NCBI RefSeq assembly: GCF_006345805.1
Contig: NC_042999.1
Location: forward strand, 126,542,001-126,606,000
DNA from: Octopus sinensis
Taxonomy: Eukaryota
Length of the DNA: 64,000 nucleotides
Direction of reading: 5' to 3'
Part shown: positions 12,938-25,494 of the stretch, in pieces
Position numbering within the stretch: position 1 is the first letter of the stretch
Layout of the letters: every line of letters begins with the position of its first letter
Notes under the pieces: model-generated
Database searches by the model: none
Told to the model about the DNA's origin: nothing
The model's input: the letters and a program-made list of their open reading frames with translations, nothing else
Translations under genes and position numbers: made by a program

Positions 12938-13150
12938 AGCAGCAAGCTGGCAGAAGCATTAACATGCCTGGCAAAAATGCTTAGCAGCATTTTGTCCATC
13001 TTTACATTCTGAGTTCAAATTCTGCCAAGGTTGACTTTGCTTTTATCCTTCTAGTGTCATTAAAATAAGTATCAGCTGAGCACTAGTGTCAATGTAATCA
13101 ACTTACTCCCTCCCCAAAGCTTGCTGGTCTTGTGCCAAAATTTGAAACCA
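12725..13150 (+). mobile_element. Two tandem SINE family B copies separated by (TTA)n
   Basis: gcagtgatctggcagg... and gcagcaagctggcagaagc... heads; gttcaaattctgc; ccttgtgcc 3' ends. Confidence 0.75.
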
Positions 13151-13299
13151 TTATTATTATCAATAATATTAATATGCTAACATTTTGTTTTTGTACATAC
13201 CTGTTGTATGTATCACACTTACTTCAAAGAAGTGGCAAAGTGATAGAGAATTTTGAATTTGTCATTTTGGGGTTTCCTGGTATCTGAGCTATTATTATT

Positions 13300-13520
13300 A
13301 TTATTATTATTAATAAAATATGGTCTGTTGTCTTCTGCTGAACCAAGATCATCCCTTGACCCTAGGGTCACAGCAGGTCCTCATCTCATGGAGAGTACAC
13401 AGCATAAAATGTGTGCGGAACCTAGCAACACTATTTTCTGAAGTTCTCCCACGTTAACACTGCAAGGGAGTTTGTTGAGCTGCTTATCAAGGCCATTTTT
13501 AATTAGCCCTAACACTCCAA
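13300..13520 (-). mobile_element. Dong/R4-clade element 3' end, third fragment
   Basis: Minus: IGVLGLIKNGLDKQLNKLPCSVNVGELQKIVLLGSAHILCCVLSMR*, short 3'UTR, then (TAA)n. Confidence 0.75.
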
Positions 13521-13666
13521 TCATCATCATCATCATCATTATTATTATTATTATTCACTCATTTTAAAATCTTATCTGCAGCATTTTTTTTTTACAATAG
13601 CAGTTTATATTTTTTAGTTATTAATATATTACTCTAAATTTGTCTAATTTTCTTTTATTCTTCCAG

Positions 13667-13742
13667 GTTGGCGAAAGAATACGAGTTATATTGGACTGTG
13701 AAGATAATACATTAGCCTTTGAAAAAAATTATGAATTCCTAG
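13667..13742 (+). CDS. FBXO45: F-box/SPRY domain protein 1 (FBXO45/Fsn), penultimate coding exon
   Basis: ttccag|GTT...CTA G|gtaaaa; [25 protein letters not shown](G), matching recalled human FBXO45 [26 protein letters not shown]. Confidence 0.95.
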
Positions 13743-13946
13743 GTAAAAAATTTTCATATATATATATACATGCACACAAATTCACTATTAATACACCAGT
13801 ACATTTTCACCATATTTTATTTCATAGCAAAACTCTGTTTTAACCATATTCATCAGTATATATATCTATCTTATATATATTTATATAGAAATATAAGTAT
13901 ATATATACATCAGTATATATATATATATCTATCTGAGATATATGTA

Positions 13947-15161
13947 TTGGGTCATCCCATAAAGAATGCAGTTTTTTTTATACTTCTGTTATTTTTCAAT
14001 AGGTGTTTTTTAATCTAAAATATACTCTCCTTCATTTTCTACAATGCTCTTCCATCTATCTGGTAGACTTCACTTGTTCATGAAAAAAAATACTCCTCCA
14101 GTACTGTTCTGACCTCATCTACAGAATTCATATTTTTTCCATCCAAATGATTTTGAAGACTGCAGAATAAATGGTAATCAAATGGGGCAATGTCTGGTGA
14201 ATATGGTGGGTGGGGTATCGTTTCCCATTCAAACTGCTCCAGCCTTTGGAATGTCATCTTCACTGCATATGGCCAAGCATTATTCTAATGGAAGAACACC
14301 TTCCATTTTGAAAGCAAAGATGGTCGTTTTCCTTCTAGTGCTAACTTAAGCTGCTCAAGCTGCTCACAGTAGTTCTCCTTTGTTATTGTTTGGTTTGGGT
14401 TTAAAAGTTCAAAGTGGACTAAACCTTTCATATCCCACCTAACAGATAACAAAACCTTACGTGGATGAAGACCTTCTTTAGCTTCGGGTGCCAGTGTTTC
14501 TCCTTTCCCTACCCACTGTCTTCAGCACTTGACATTTTTATAGAGAACCCATTTCTTGTCACCAATCACTATTCTGTCTTGTAAAGGTTCATTCGTGAGA
14601 TGTGACAGCAAAGAAGAGCACACATTCAATCTCTGCACACGATTAGACTTAGAAAGAACCCAATTTGCTTACTTTTCTGATGGCACACAGGTGTTGTTGA
14701 ATGGTTGAATGACCAAATTCAAGTTTTTCTGCTAGTTCCTCAACAGTCACAATGGGATTTTGTTCCACCAGGGTTTGTAGGACGTCCTTCTTAAGTTCTA
14801 CAGATCTTCTAGGACAAGGATTGTCTTCTAGCTGTAGTTTCCAGCTCAGAATTTCTGGAACCATTGTTGATGCTTATTGTCCCATTCCCATAAACTGCAT
14901 TAATATTCCTCACACTTTCCGTTGCATTGTTGTCTTTATTGAACTCATAAAGCAAAATATGCCGAATATGCTCCTTTGTCACTTCCATTATAGCTTTGAA
15001 ACAATAACTGTTAAAATTGAACTGCACTTTTCAAAACTTGCACTCAGAATAAGAATAAGGTAAAATTACTACCTGCTTTCATAGCAGGTAGTTTTTTCTG
15101 TCCCACTCCTACTTTTAGTTCATGCAATTGAAAAAAACCACATTATTTATGGGATGATCCA

Positions 15162-15162
<1 letters not shown>
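13947..15162 (-). mobile_element. Mariner (Tc1/mariner) transposon, near full length, inactivated
   Basis: TA-flanked TIRs TTGGGTCATCCCATAAAGAATG / rc TTGGATCATCCCATAAATAATG; transposase pieces MEVTKEHIRHILLYEF, VEQNPIVTVEELAEKL, HPPYSPDIAPFDYHLF; frameshifts. Confidence 0.93.
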
Positions 15163-15203
<41 letters not shown>

Positions 15204-17975
15204 GTAAAATAGAAAGACAGACAGACAGACCAATCGATAGATCGATCTTTGTATTTTTTCTAGGATCTACCACACCTGTTCCTTCTATCATCCTATTGCA
15301 CTGTACCACACTAACCTAGAGGGATTAGAACCATTGCACAAGTTAGTTCAGTTAATATTATTTTGAAATGTTGTTGTAGAGGGCTTGATGAGAATTAATT
15401 TGACTAGTATTTTAGTAGAGGAATCTTGGAAAACTCACAGATTATGTGTTCTTATCAAAGATATTTAACCCATGACTGTTCCCTTTTTTTTTTTTTGTGA
15501 AAAATGGTATCTTGGATTACATTGATCTATGTGGAATTCCTTTTAAAGATAGTATGGTATAATTTAAGGAAGATTTGGCTACTATTTCTAGCAAGTCAGT
15601 CAACCATGTGCCAAGTCTCTAGCTAGATCCAACAACGTTCAAGCATGTACATATGTATTTGTATGCACATACAAGGTAAGGCATCACTTAATGCTACAGG
15701 TGCAATGGTCATTTTTACTGCCTGTATGGAAATACCCACAAAGTTTGACAATATCTTTTAAACTATATTTTAGTTTGTTGTTTATAATTTACATGCATAG
15801 TGTACATTTGAGGGTTTTTTTTACTTATATTTCAAAATTTGTTATCATTGTTGTTGTCTTACATATAATAATGCAGGAAGTGAATGGTCTTATTATTCCA
15901 CTATTAAATGAAAGCAACAGAATTCTGAAGTAAACTCAGAGCACACTTTCCCATCAGACCATGAGAGGTTATACCAATTTCCTATTTCAGAACAGTTAAG
16001 GGATTGTAAGCCATCTCAATTCCTGCATGAAATGGAATTACTGCACAGAGGAAATAACTTGTTAGATGTCAAAATGAAACAAATATTCCTCTATTCCTGG
16101 CCAAAATGAACCAATAGTATAAGTGAGATGTGAAACATCAGACATTATGTCACTTGAGAATCTCTGAAACCAGAAAGCTGGTCATTAGGCTAAGAAGAGA
16201 ATATGTTTAAGCTTATAGTTGACTGAAAAACAGGTGTTGTTTGTGATATCCTGGTGATGGTAGTTAAGTTAGAAAGCAAATCTGGAGAATTTTGTAGCTG
16301 TTATTTGAAACAAGGCTGTTAATAGGCCAAGGTAACTAATGTAGAGAAATGTAGAAAATATTGATCAACTTGTAAACACATGATAGCTAATCATTAAAAT
16401 GTTCCTGTAAATACAAGCTGTGCTGTTTGATGAAATTGGTGTGGGGGGGGGGGGCATCAACATAGAATATTGGGATGGGTAGAGATAACAATAAATCTGT
16501 TATAGCAGTTCTCTTTTATTTTCTGTGTACCACCAGATTTGTAGACCTCTTTCAACCAAGTGGTATTGTATAATTCAAAGTAATCCAGCAGTATGTGTTC
16601 TTCCAAAGGTTGGAGACGTACAGATTCAGACTGGACAGTAATGTGTTAGAGAAAAAACTTCAACTTTCGAATTACATGATTAAAAGCAAGGTTTGCTTAA
16701 ATGTGTTGTAGAAAATGTTTTAACATTGTTGGGAACAAGTAAAAGAGTATATAGTCATGTTTGTAAAGTCAAATGTGGAATTCACTGTTGTAGGAATAAT
16801 GTTAAACATCCTTTTGATTGTCATACATGGCAAGGTAAATAGAAATGAAAATAACATGCATGGTATGAGAAACTGAGACATAGCAATTTGATTTCTCATT
16901 CAGCTTAAATGTGTATTGTTATTTTTGAGACTAGCTACAATAAGAATTTCATGCCAAGAGAAACTTTTTGCTTCCTTTGGTACTGATGTCTTGTTAGTAG
17001 AAAGAAAGAGGATGAACTAGCTTGTATTCTTTTTATATAACCAAATTGGTTTGAGAGATTACTTGTCTCTGATTTGTACTAATGGCTAAAATGATATCTG
17101 GTTGCCATAAGACCAAAACTTACCACATTACAACTAACCACTTCTCACTAGCTGTCAATCAATTCTTCTTAATCCATCCAATTACCACACTATAATCAAC
17201 CCATAATATAAACTTCTGTTCATGCCAATAAAAGAGACTCCACACAATCACTTGGCCTGCAAAACTGTAGCTCTTAAACATGCTTGAATATGAGATTAAG
17301 TAATTTTCAGTATAGTAAATCAGAAAAGAAAACTGGTTAGCTATGGCTTGAATGCTGGTTTAGTGATGAGAGAAATATTTCTTCACACACAGATATCATC
17401 AGAATATGACAACAGCCATGATTCTACATAGAACAGACTAATTGCAGAGGAATAGCAACTGTTGTGCTCTGAAGTGGACAACAGCAAGTATTGTTTACCT
17501 CCTTTGCTCATCTCTGTTGTGACTACCAAGGGAATCTGTGGGCATACAGAAATTTACTAAATTGTGAAATAAGTGTAACGTTTTCAGGCTGTCACACAGT
17601 ACCTCATGTGATTCATCACTGCATATCAAGGTATGGAATATGGTCTTCAGACTCACAAAAGACATTGTATAACACTGTTAAAACAAATCTGTGGGTAGTG
17701 CCTAGTCATACAATCAACTATATGCATACCACCTGGGGGCTATACAACAACAACCTACTGTTTTAAATAACATTGAACAGTGTATCATTTTTGTACCTGC
17801 TACCAAACTAAACATAGTGTTCCAGACTATACCTGCCCCAAAGTTAAACTGATCCACAGATATTTTCTTTAACCAAACATGCATGAATGAAAAGCTGTGT
17901 TTTGATCTCTCTTTCTCACTCTTTCACATGTGTATATGTGATATATATATTGAAATTTTTCTATTTTGCTTTCAG

Positions 17976-18085
17976 GTGTTGCTTTCCGTGGCCTGCCAAA
18001 TACTCCCCTATATCCTGCAGTTTCTGCTGTATATGGTAAAACAGAAGTATCTATGGTATATTTAGGGCCACCTCTTGATGGCTGA
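17976..18085 (+). CDS. FBXO45: FBXO45/Fsn terminal coding exon
   Basis: tttcag|GT GTT...GGC TGA; (G)[35 protein letters not shown]; phase 1 matches the previous exon; C-terminus matches the recalled FBXO45 end YLGKPLDG*. Confidence 0.96.
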
Positions 18086-19764
18086 CCATTCCCAAATGAA
18101 CTATAAATAAAAATGGACTTAAAACAATTACTAGTTGATTAAATCTCCTTCCATGAAGTTCCAGTCCACAGTTGGCAGCTCTGGTGCAATATGATGTCTA
18201 CATTAGTTCCATTCACTATGAACAGCTACATACAACCATATAACATCATTGCAAATGCTGGTGGCCCAGGAATTTTGCTGTTGGAACTAAAGGACGATAA
18301 TAATGATGAGATACAGTTTCTGTTGTTGGTTTTTCTTTTTTTTTTATTTACTCCCACTCTCCACCACTCAGCAGGAATCTGTTTGAACTTCTTGAAGCGA
18401 TGATATTTCCATAACAATTTCCATTTTTTTCTTTTTTTTTTACTTATTTATTTAAGATTTTATTTTGTTTTGTCATTTTTTTTTCTCATTCCTGAAAGTT
18501 GAAAAGAAACCTGAGTGTGGGTGTGTGTCTGATTTAATGTCATCATCATGAGTTAAATTTTGTTTTGTTTTTAATGATTATAAGAAATTTATTTACATCT
18601 ATTTTTTTATTTCATGTTTTTTTTAATCCATTTATTTATTAACCAACTCACAAAAAGAAAACACGTAAGAAATGCAACAAAATATTTATTAGGGAGACAC
18701 ACTAAATTATAATACTAGGAAGCCTAAATCTCTCCTTCTCCCCCTCTCTCTTCTCTCTCTCTCTCTCTCTCTCTCTCAATCTTTATCTCTGTTCAGAAAA
18801 TTAATTTGTCACCTTAATTCCACAGAACCCTGTCTATTTGTTACTTAAAGGTCAACAACTAATAAATGTTCATTATTAAAATAGATCAACAAAGAAGAGG
18901 TTTAAAGAGACCTCTGAATAAACCTTTGGTCTCACTTTCATATAACTATTATAATTGTTTCATTATTTCAACATTTCCTGCATTCCATGCAAATGTCTTC
19001 TTCAATAGAACAATTATGCAATGCTGGTCTTCATCCTATTTGCATAGAGTCTCTGCATGTGTTTGTGTATTTGTTTGTGCATGCAAGCATGCATGTGCAT
19101 TTGTGTGTGTGTGTGTGTGTGCATTTATGTATGTGTGATGTTCACAGATTTTTAACTGGTTGCCTTTTTCATTAAATGACTTTGATCTGAATGACCATCC
19201 TCTATTCAGCATTAACGTGTATTTTTAAACTGCTAGAGAGCAAAAATGAACACACAAAGAAAGAAAAAGAACAGCAAAAAGAAAGAAAAAAAGATGCAAA
19301 TAACCCTTTGACTTCTACTTCAACTATCTGCTCAAAATCTGTATTAAACTTTAAAGTAATATCACTCATATCAATATTCATTCCCTGTCAATCCTTCAGT
19401 CAATCAACACAAGTCTGATTGCTCTTCAGCAACATCCAAGTGACACATTATTTCCATCTTTCCTTTTATCTACCACTAATCTATAAACTTCTTAAATAAC
19501 AACAAAAGCAACAACAACAAAAAATACAAAACATGCACTAGAAAATTAGTAATATTAAAGAAAAAATATTTATACCTTATTTTCATGTATTCTTGTTTTG
19601 TAATTTTTATTTCAAAATGCATTTATCTTTTATATCTCAGCTTATCTTCTTGCCTCTTTGTATAGTTCAATTCTGAAAGCTTAGCCAATTAATTGTTGAT
19701 TCTATGAGTGTATGTATGTATAAATACATATATAAATACTATATACATATACACATCTGCATGT

Positions 19765-19857
<93 letters not shown>

Positions 19858-19862
19858 CACAT

Positions 19863-19897
<35 letters not shown>

Positions 19898-20176
19898 TTA
19901 TACACATATATATATATATATTATACACATATATATATATATATTTATACACATATATAATATATATATTTATACACATACATACATGTTTATAGAGATA
20001 TATGTACATACATATTTAGATAGATAGATAGATATGTATATACATTTGTATATGTACAGATGTATATATATATATATGCATATATATATATATATATGCA
20101 TATATATATGTATATACATTTGTATATGTACAGATGTATATATATATATATGCATATATATATATATATACATGTA

Positions 20177-20216
<40 letters not shown>

Positions 20217-20413
20217 TAGATATGTATATACATTTGTATATATATAGATGTATATATATATGCATATATATATGTGTGTGTGTATATACATATATATATA
20301 TAGATGTATATATATATGCATATATATATGTGTGTGTGTATATACATATATATATATAGATGTATATATATATGCATATATATATGTGTGTGTGTATATA
20401 CATATATATATAT

Positions 20414-20467
<54 letters not shown>

Positions 20468-20723
20468 TATGTTAATAATTAAAGGGTATAATTAATTAAT
20501 TAACCAATTTTGCCTACATTAAAAAGTGTATTATGATTCTTACTGTACTACAAAAGGAATTTTTAACTCCTATTTCTAAATTCGCTATGTGGTGAAGTGA
20601 TTAGCTGACCCCTAATTATAATTACGTATATAATTATAGAATATATGCATATGTATCTCAATATATATATGAATATATATATATATATATATCTGTATGC
20701 ATATGTATATATGCATACATATG

Positions 20724-20754
<31 letters not shown>

Positions 20755-21010
20755 TCACAATAAGGGTGAAAAAAATTGAATATTAATTAATAACATCAAT
20801 TTAAAAACCAAGTGGCCTAGCGTAAAAAACTGTGATACAGTAAAAATTATTAATACAAGTAATAAGAGAGAGACCACATGTGGTCACTCAAACGCTAGAA
20901 ATAGATCCGCAAAGGAAATCCACCACTAAAGAATTGTTCTCAAGCATTAATTCAACACGCCAAGAATGTAAGCGGGCAGGACAGATGAAAAATAACGAAA
21001 AAATAGATTA

Positions 21011-21089
21011 ACTCTATACAATTGTTTCATCGTTAATAGATATGTGTGTAATTTTACTTACATAATCATTTTCGAATACTCAGTAGAGT
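21011..21089 (-). ncRNA. Degenerate type I hammerhead ribozyme motif
   Basis: Minus: stem I ACUCUA/UAGAGU, core CUGAGUA (G8 changed to U), stem II UCG/CGA, GAAAC, palindrome ACAAUUGU, GUA triplet. Confidence 0.55.
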
Positions 21090-21236
21090 ATATCAAAAAT
21101 ATAATTGGCTGTGCCATTCGCCTTTGCTCGGCTTTGTATGGATTTTGGCGTTCGGTGTGTATGTGTGTGTATATATATATGTAGATATACATATGTGTAT
21201 ATATATATACATGTATCTGTATATATATATTATACA

Positions 21237-21278
<42 letters not shown>

Positions 21279-21359
21279 AGATATATATATATATATATAA
21301 ATATATAGGTTTATATACACATACATTTGTATACATATATATATGTGTGTGTGAATGTA

Positions 21360-21590
21360 TATCATCATCATCATCATTTAATGTCCGCTTTCCATGCTAG
21401 CATGGGTTGGACGGTTCAACTGGGGTCTGGGAAGCCAGAAGGCTGCACCAGGCCCAGTCTGATCTGGCAATGTTTCTACGGCTGGATGCCCTTCCTAACA
21501 CCAACCACTCTGTGAGTGTAGTGGGTGCTTTTTATGTGCCATCGGCACGGAGGCCAGGCGAGGCTGCCAACGGCCACAATCAGATGGTGT
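21360..21590 (-). mobile_element. RTE-clade 3'-end fragment (or partner SINE) with (ATG)n tail; similar copies at 22480-22620, 55765-55955 and 60900-61300
   Basis: (cat)n-ttaa(c/t)gtcc...gctggatgcccttcctaac(g/a)ccaaccactc, shared with the 3'UTR of the LINE at 23515-23810. Confidence 0.75.
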
Positions 21591-22335
21591 TAGTTATATA
21601 TATATAGGAAACGGATTTTGTGTGTTTCTTAAATGGCCCATAAAAACCTTCCACGCTGCAATTGTTTCTGTTCCAGCACATGATCTCAGATCAGGTCACT
21701 TGCTATGCAAGTACATTTTCAAAATATATACACACACGAATAACTAGAAAAAAAACAAGAATCCACACACATATTTCTAGATATACACAGATACTGAAAC
21801 ATGTCACACATGCACAATACGACCCACCATACATGAGTATTCTCTTGAGGAAAATATATATTTAGTGCAATTTTGAGGAGTAAATATGGATATATATGTA
21901 TGAATGTGTATGGCTATATATATATATATGTACGTGTATATATATATATATATATATTAAGCACACACACACACACACATATATATATTATATATATACA
22001 TATGTAAGTATATATATATGTACATATATCTATCTATATATATATATATATGTATATATAAATACACACACATATATACATATATGTCTAGATATGTCTA
22101 TATATGTGTATATATACATATATGTGTAAATATATATATATATGTATATACACATGTATGTATATATGTATATACATATATGTGTTATATATATATATAT
22201 ATATATATATGGCGCTGCCCCAGCATGGCCACAGCTCATGAGTTTAAACTTAATAAAATAAAAATTTTTTTTAAATATATACACATATATGTATACACAC
22301 ACATATATGTATATATATATATGTATACATATATG

Positions 22336-22386
<51 letters not shown>

Positions 22387-22775
22387 GCATATATGTGTGT
22401 ATATATATTCACATGTGTGTGTATATATATATGCATGTGTATATATATGTACACATATTTGTATATATATATATACATATCATCATCATCATCATTTAAC
22501 GTCCGTTTTCCGCGCTAGCACGGGTTGGACGGTTCGACCGGGGTCTGGGAAGCCAGGGGCTGCACCAGGCTCCAGTCTGATCTGGCAGTGTTTCTACAGC
22601 TGGATGCGCTTCCTAACGCTAATGTATATATACATATGTATATATATATTTACATATGTATGTCCATATATATGCATATATATATAATATATATACATAT
22701 GTATACATATATATGTATATATATACATATGTATACATATATATGTATATATTATATTATATATATATATATGTG

Positions 22776-22832
<57 letters not shown>

Positions 22833-23277
22833 CTACATATGTATGTATATATATATCTCCATATCTATGCATATATGTGCATGTTTAGGGGAGGCCTATG
22901 GGACTGTAGGACAAGTTGTTTTGAAAAAATTTGTTTTAAATGTTTGACAACTCAGCACCGTCCATTGGACAGGGGGCGTTTTGCTCTTACATATATATAT
23001 ATATATATAATTAGACATATCTATATATATGCATATGTACATATACATATAGAAACATATGTACATAGATATATATATAGATATATTTATGTAAATTTAT
23101 TTATGTACATGTATATATATGTATATACATGTATATACATATATACTTATAAGCATGCATATATATATATATATATATATATTATACATACATGTACCTA
23201 TATATACGTATATATACATGTATATACCTACCTGTTCATTTATACATGTATATATATATATATACATGTATATGTAT

Positions 23278-23321
<44 letters not shown>

Positions 23322-23453
23322 GTATATGTATCCATATATACATCTATACATATATCTATGTGTGTATATATGTATGTATATATATATATATATATACCTA
23401 CATATGTATACACACATATATATATCTACGCATACGTATCTATATATACATGC

Positions 23454-23491
<38 letters not shown>

Positions 23492-23514
23492 AATTTATAT
23501 ATATATGTATATCA

Positions 23515-25085
23515 TCTTGATCTGGCAGAGTTTCTATAGCTGGATGTCCTTCCGAACGCCAACCACTCCGAGAATGTAGCGGGTGCTTTTACGTGCCACC
23601 GGCACGGAAACCAGTTAGCCGCTCTGGCAATGATCACACTCGGATGCTGCTCTTAGCACCCTATTAGCATGGGGCTCAAGTGCTAATAAGGTGACGCTGG
23701 TAATGATCACACCCAAATGGTGACTTTTATGTGCCACTGGCACAGACGCCAGTTAGCTGCTCTGTCAACGATGACACTCGTATGGTGCTCTTTGCACCCT
23801 GCTAGCATCAAATTTGCCAGTCATCAAATTTAATTTTAATTTCACTTGACTCAACAGGTCTGCGCAAGCAGAGTTTAGTGTCCAAAGAAAGAAAAGGTAC
23901 GCATAAGTGGGATGGTTACGTCCAGACATAGGCCACGAGGTTATGATCTCATTTGCTTGCCGGGTCTTCTCAAGCACAGCATATTTCCAAAAGTCTCGGT
24001 CACTAGTCATTTCCTTGGTGAAACCTAAAGTTCAAAGGTTATGCTTCACCACTTCATCCCAGGTCTTCCTGGGTCTACCTCTTCCACAGTTTCTCTCAAC
24101 CGCTAGGGTGTGGCACTTTTTCACACAGCTATCCTTATCCATTCTCGCCACATGACCATACCAGCACAGTCATCTCTCTTGCACACCACATCTGATGCTT
24201 CTTCGGCCCAACTTTTCTCTCAAGGTACTTACACTCTGTCAAGTATGCACACTGACATTACACATCCATTGGATCATACTGGCTTCATTCCTTGCAAGCT
24301 TACGCATATCCTCAGCAGTCACAGCTCATGTTTCACTGCCATGTAGCATGGCCGTTCGTAAACATGCGTCATACAGTCTACCTTTTACTCTGAGCAAGGG
24401 GCCCTTTGTCACCAGCAGAGGTAAGAGCTCTCTGAACTTTGCTGAAGGTATTCTTATTCTAGCAGCTACACTTTCAACACACCCTCCCTCGCTACTGACT
24501 TGGTCACCTAGGTAACGGAAGCTATCAACTACTTCTAGGTTTTCTCTCTGGAATATGGCGGAAGTTGTTCTCTGCATTTTCAGTGTTTATTGCTCCCGAG
24601 CATCTGCCACATACAAAAACTATCTTCCCAGTTAGCCTTCCTTTGATATTACTGCACCTCTTATGTGTCCATAGCTTACACTGGGTACATCTTATAGAAT
24701 CTCTACTTACGCCTTTACTATAGATCGAGCAGGGCCATCTACTTGAAGAGATTTGTGGTTTGCCTGCCTTCTTATTTATTAGGACATTGGTTTTAGCTAG
24801 GTTGACTCTAAGGCCCTTTGATTCTAATCCTTGTTTCCATACTGGAAACTTCTCTTCTAGTTCTGATAGTGACTCAGCTATTAGAGCAAGGTCATCAGCA
24901 TAGAGGAGCTCCCAGGGGTATCCTGTCTTGAATTCCTCCGTTGTTGCCTGGAGGACTATGATAAATAGGAGGGGGCTGAGGACTGAATCTTGGTGGACAC
25001 CTACCTCTACCCTGAATTCTTCAGTGTACTCGTTGCCAACCCTCACCTTACTGACATTGTCCCTGTACATGGCTTGCACGGCTCT
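23515..25085 (-). mobile_element. RTE-X-like LINE, 5'-truncated (RT C-half + 3'UTR)
   Basis: VGVHQDSVLSPLLFIIVL, ELLYADDLAL, Cys-rich insert, FRYLGDQ, KFRELLPLL, LHGSETW; 3'UTR with two ~85-bp repeats. Confidence 0.9.
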
Positions 25086-25091
25086 ATATGT

Positions 25092-25125
<34 letters not shown>

Positions 25126-25192
25126 ATATACTTTGATACTTTGATAGGTTTCGGCCATTATTGGCCCAGGCCATGTCTAACTTAATAGCACC

Positions 25193-25204
<12 letters not shown>

Positions 25205-25229
<25 letters not shown>

Positions 25230-25405
25230 ATCCAAACATGAAAACACAAAGAGAATATACAACAACGTGAGGACTGGAACAAGTATAGTATTATTGGACG
25301 CTTAGGAAAGAAGGAGCTCTTTGTCAGAAACATAGGAAAAGGAAAGATCCAAAGAAGGGGAGACGGAGGAAAAAAATCGCCAACGGTACACACGCGGTCA
25401 CATTT
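25205..25405 (-). mobile_element. Short Penelope-like-derived repeat with a truncated hammerhead-like half
   Basis: Minus strand reads ttcTGACAAAGAGCTCC with the GAAAC half missing; embedded in (TA)n between two LINEs. Confidence 0.35.
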
Positions 25406-25494
25406 TATATATGTGTGTGTGTGTGCATGTTTGTGTATATTTTATATATATATATATATATTATATATATATATAGATATATATATATGTGTGT

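Larger units (their letters stand above)
19690..23520. repeat. Large compound (TA)n/(CA)n/(TATG)n microsatellite field with higher-order units and embedded TE fragments
   Basis: Direct reading; e.g. 56-bp unit with agatg at 20246, 20302 and 20358. Confidence 0.95.

Noticed and set aside
400-13666. Upstream FBXO45 exon ending ...NNAPKYQ
   Set aside because: Searched by eye and not found; probably upstream of the window (intron >13.6 kb)
16250-17450. Possible very old LINE remnant in the FBXO45 intron
   Set aside because: Only vague motif similarity; could not be supported by eye
19689-23579. Many ORF-track ORFs of 60-307 aa rich in I/Y/H/T/V/C
   Set aside because: Translations of (TA)n/(CA)n microsatellites; no coding signal
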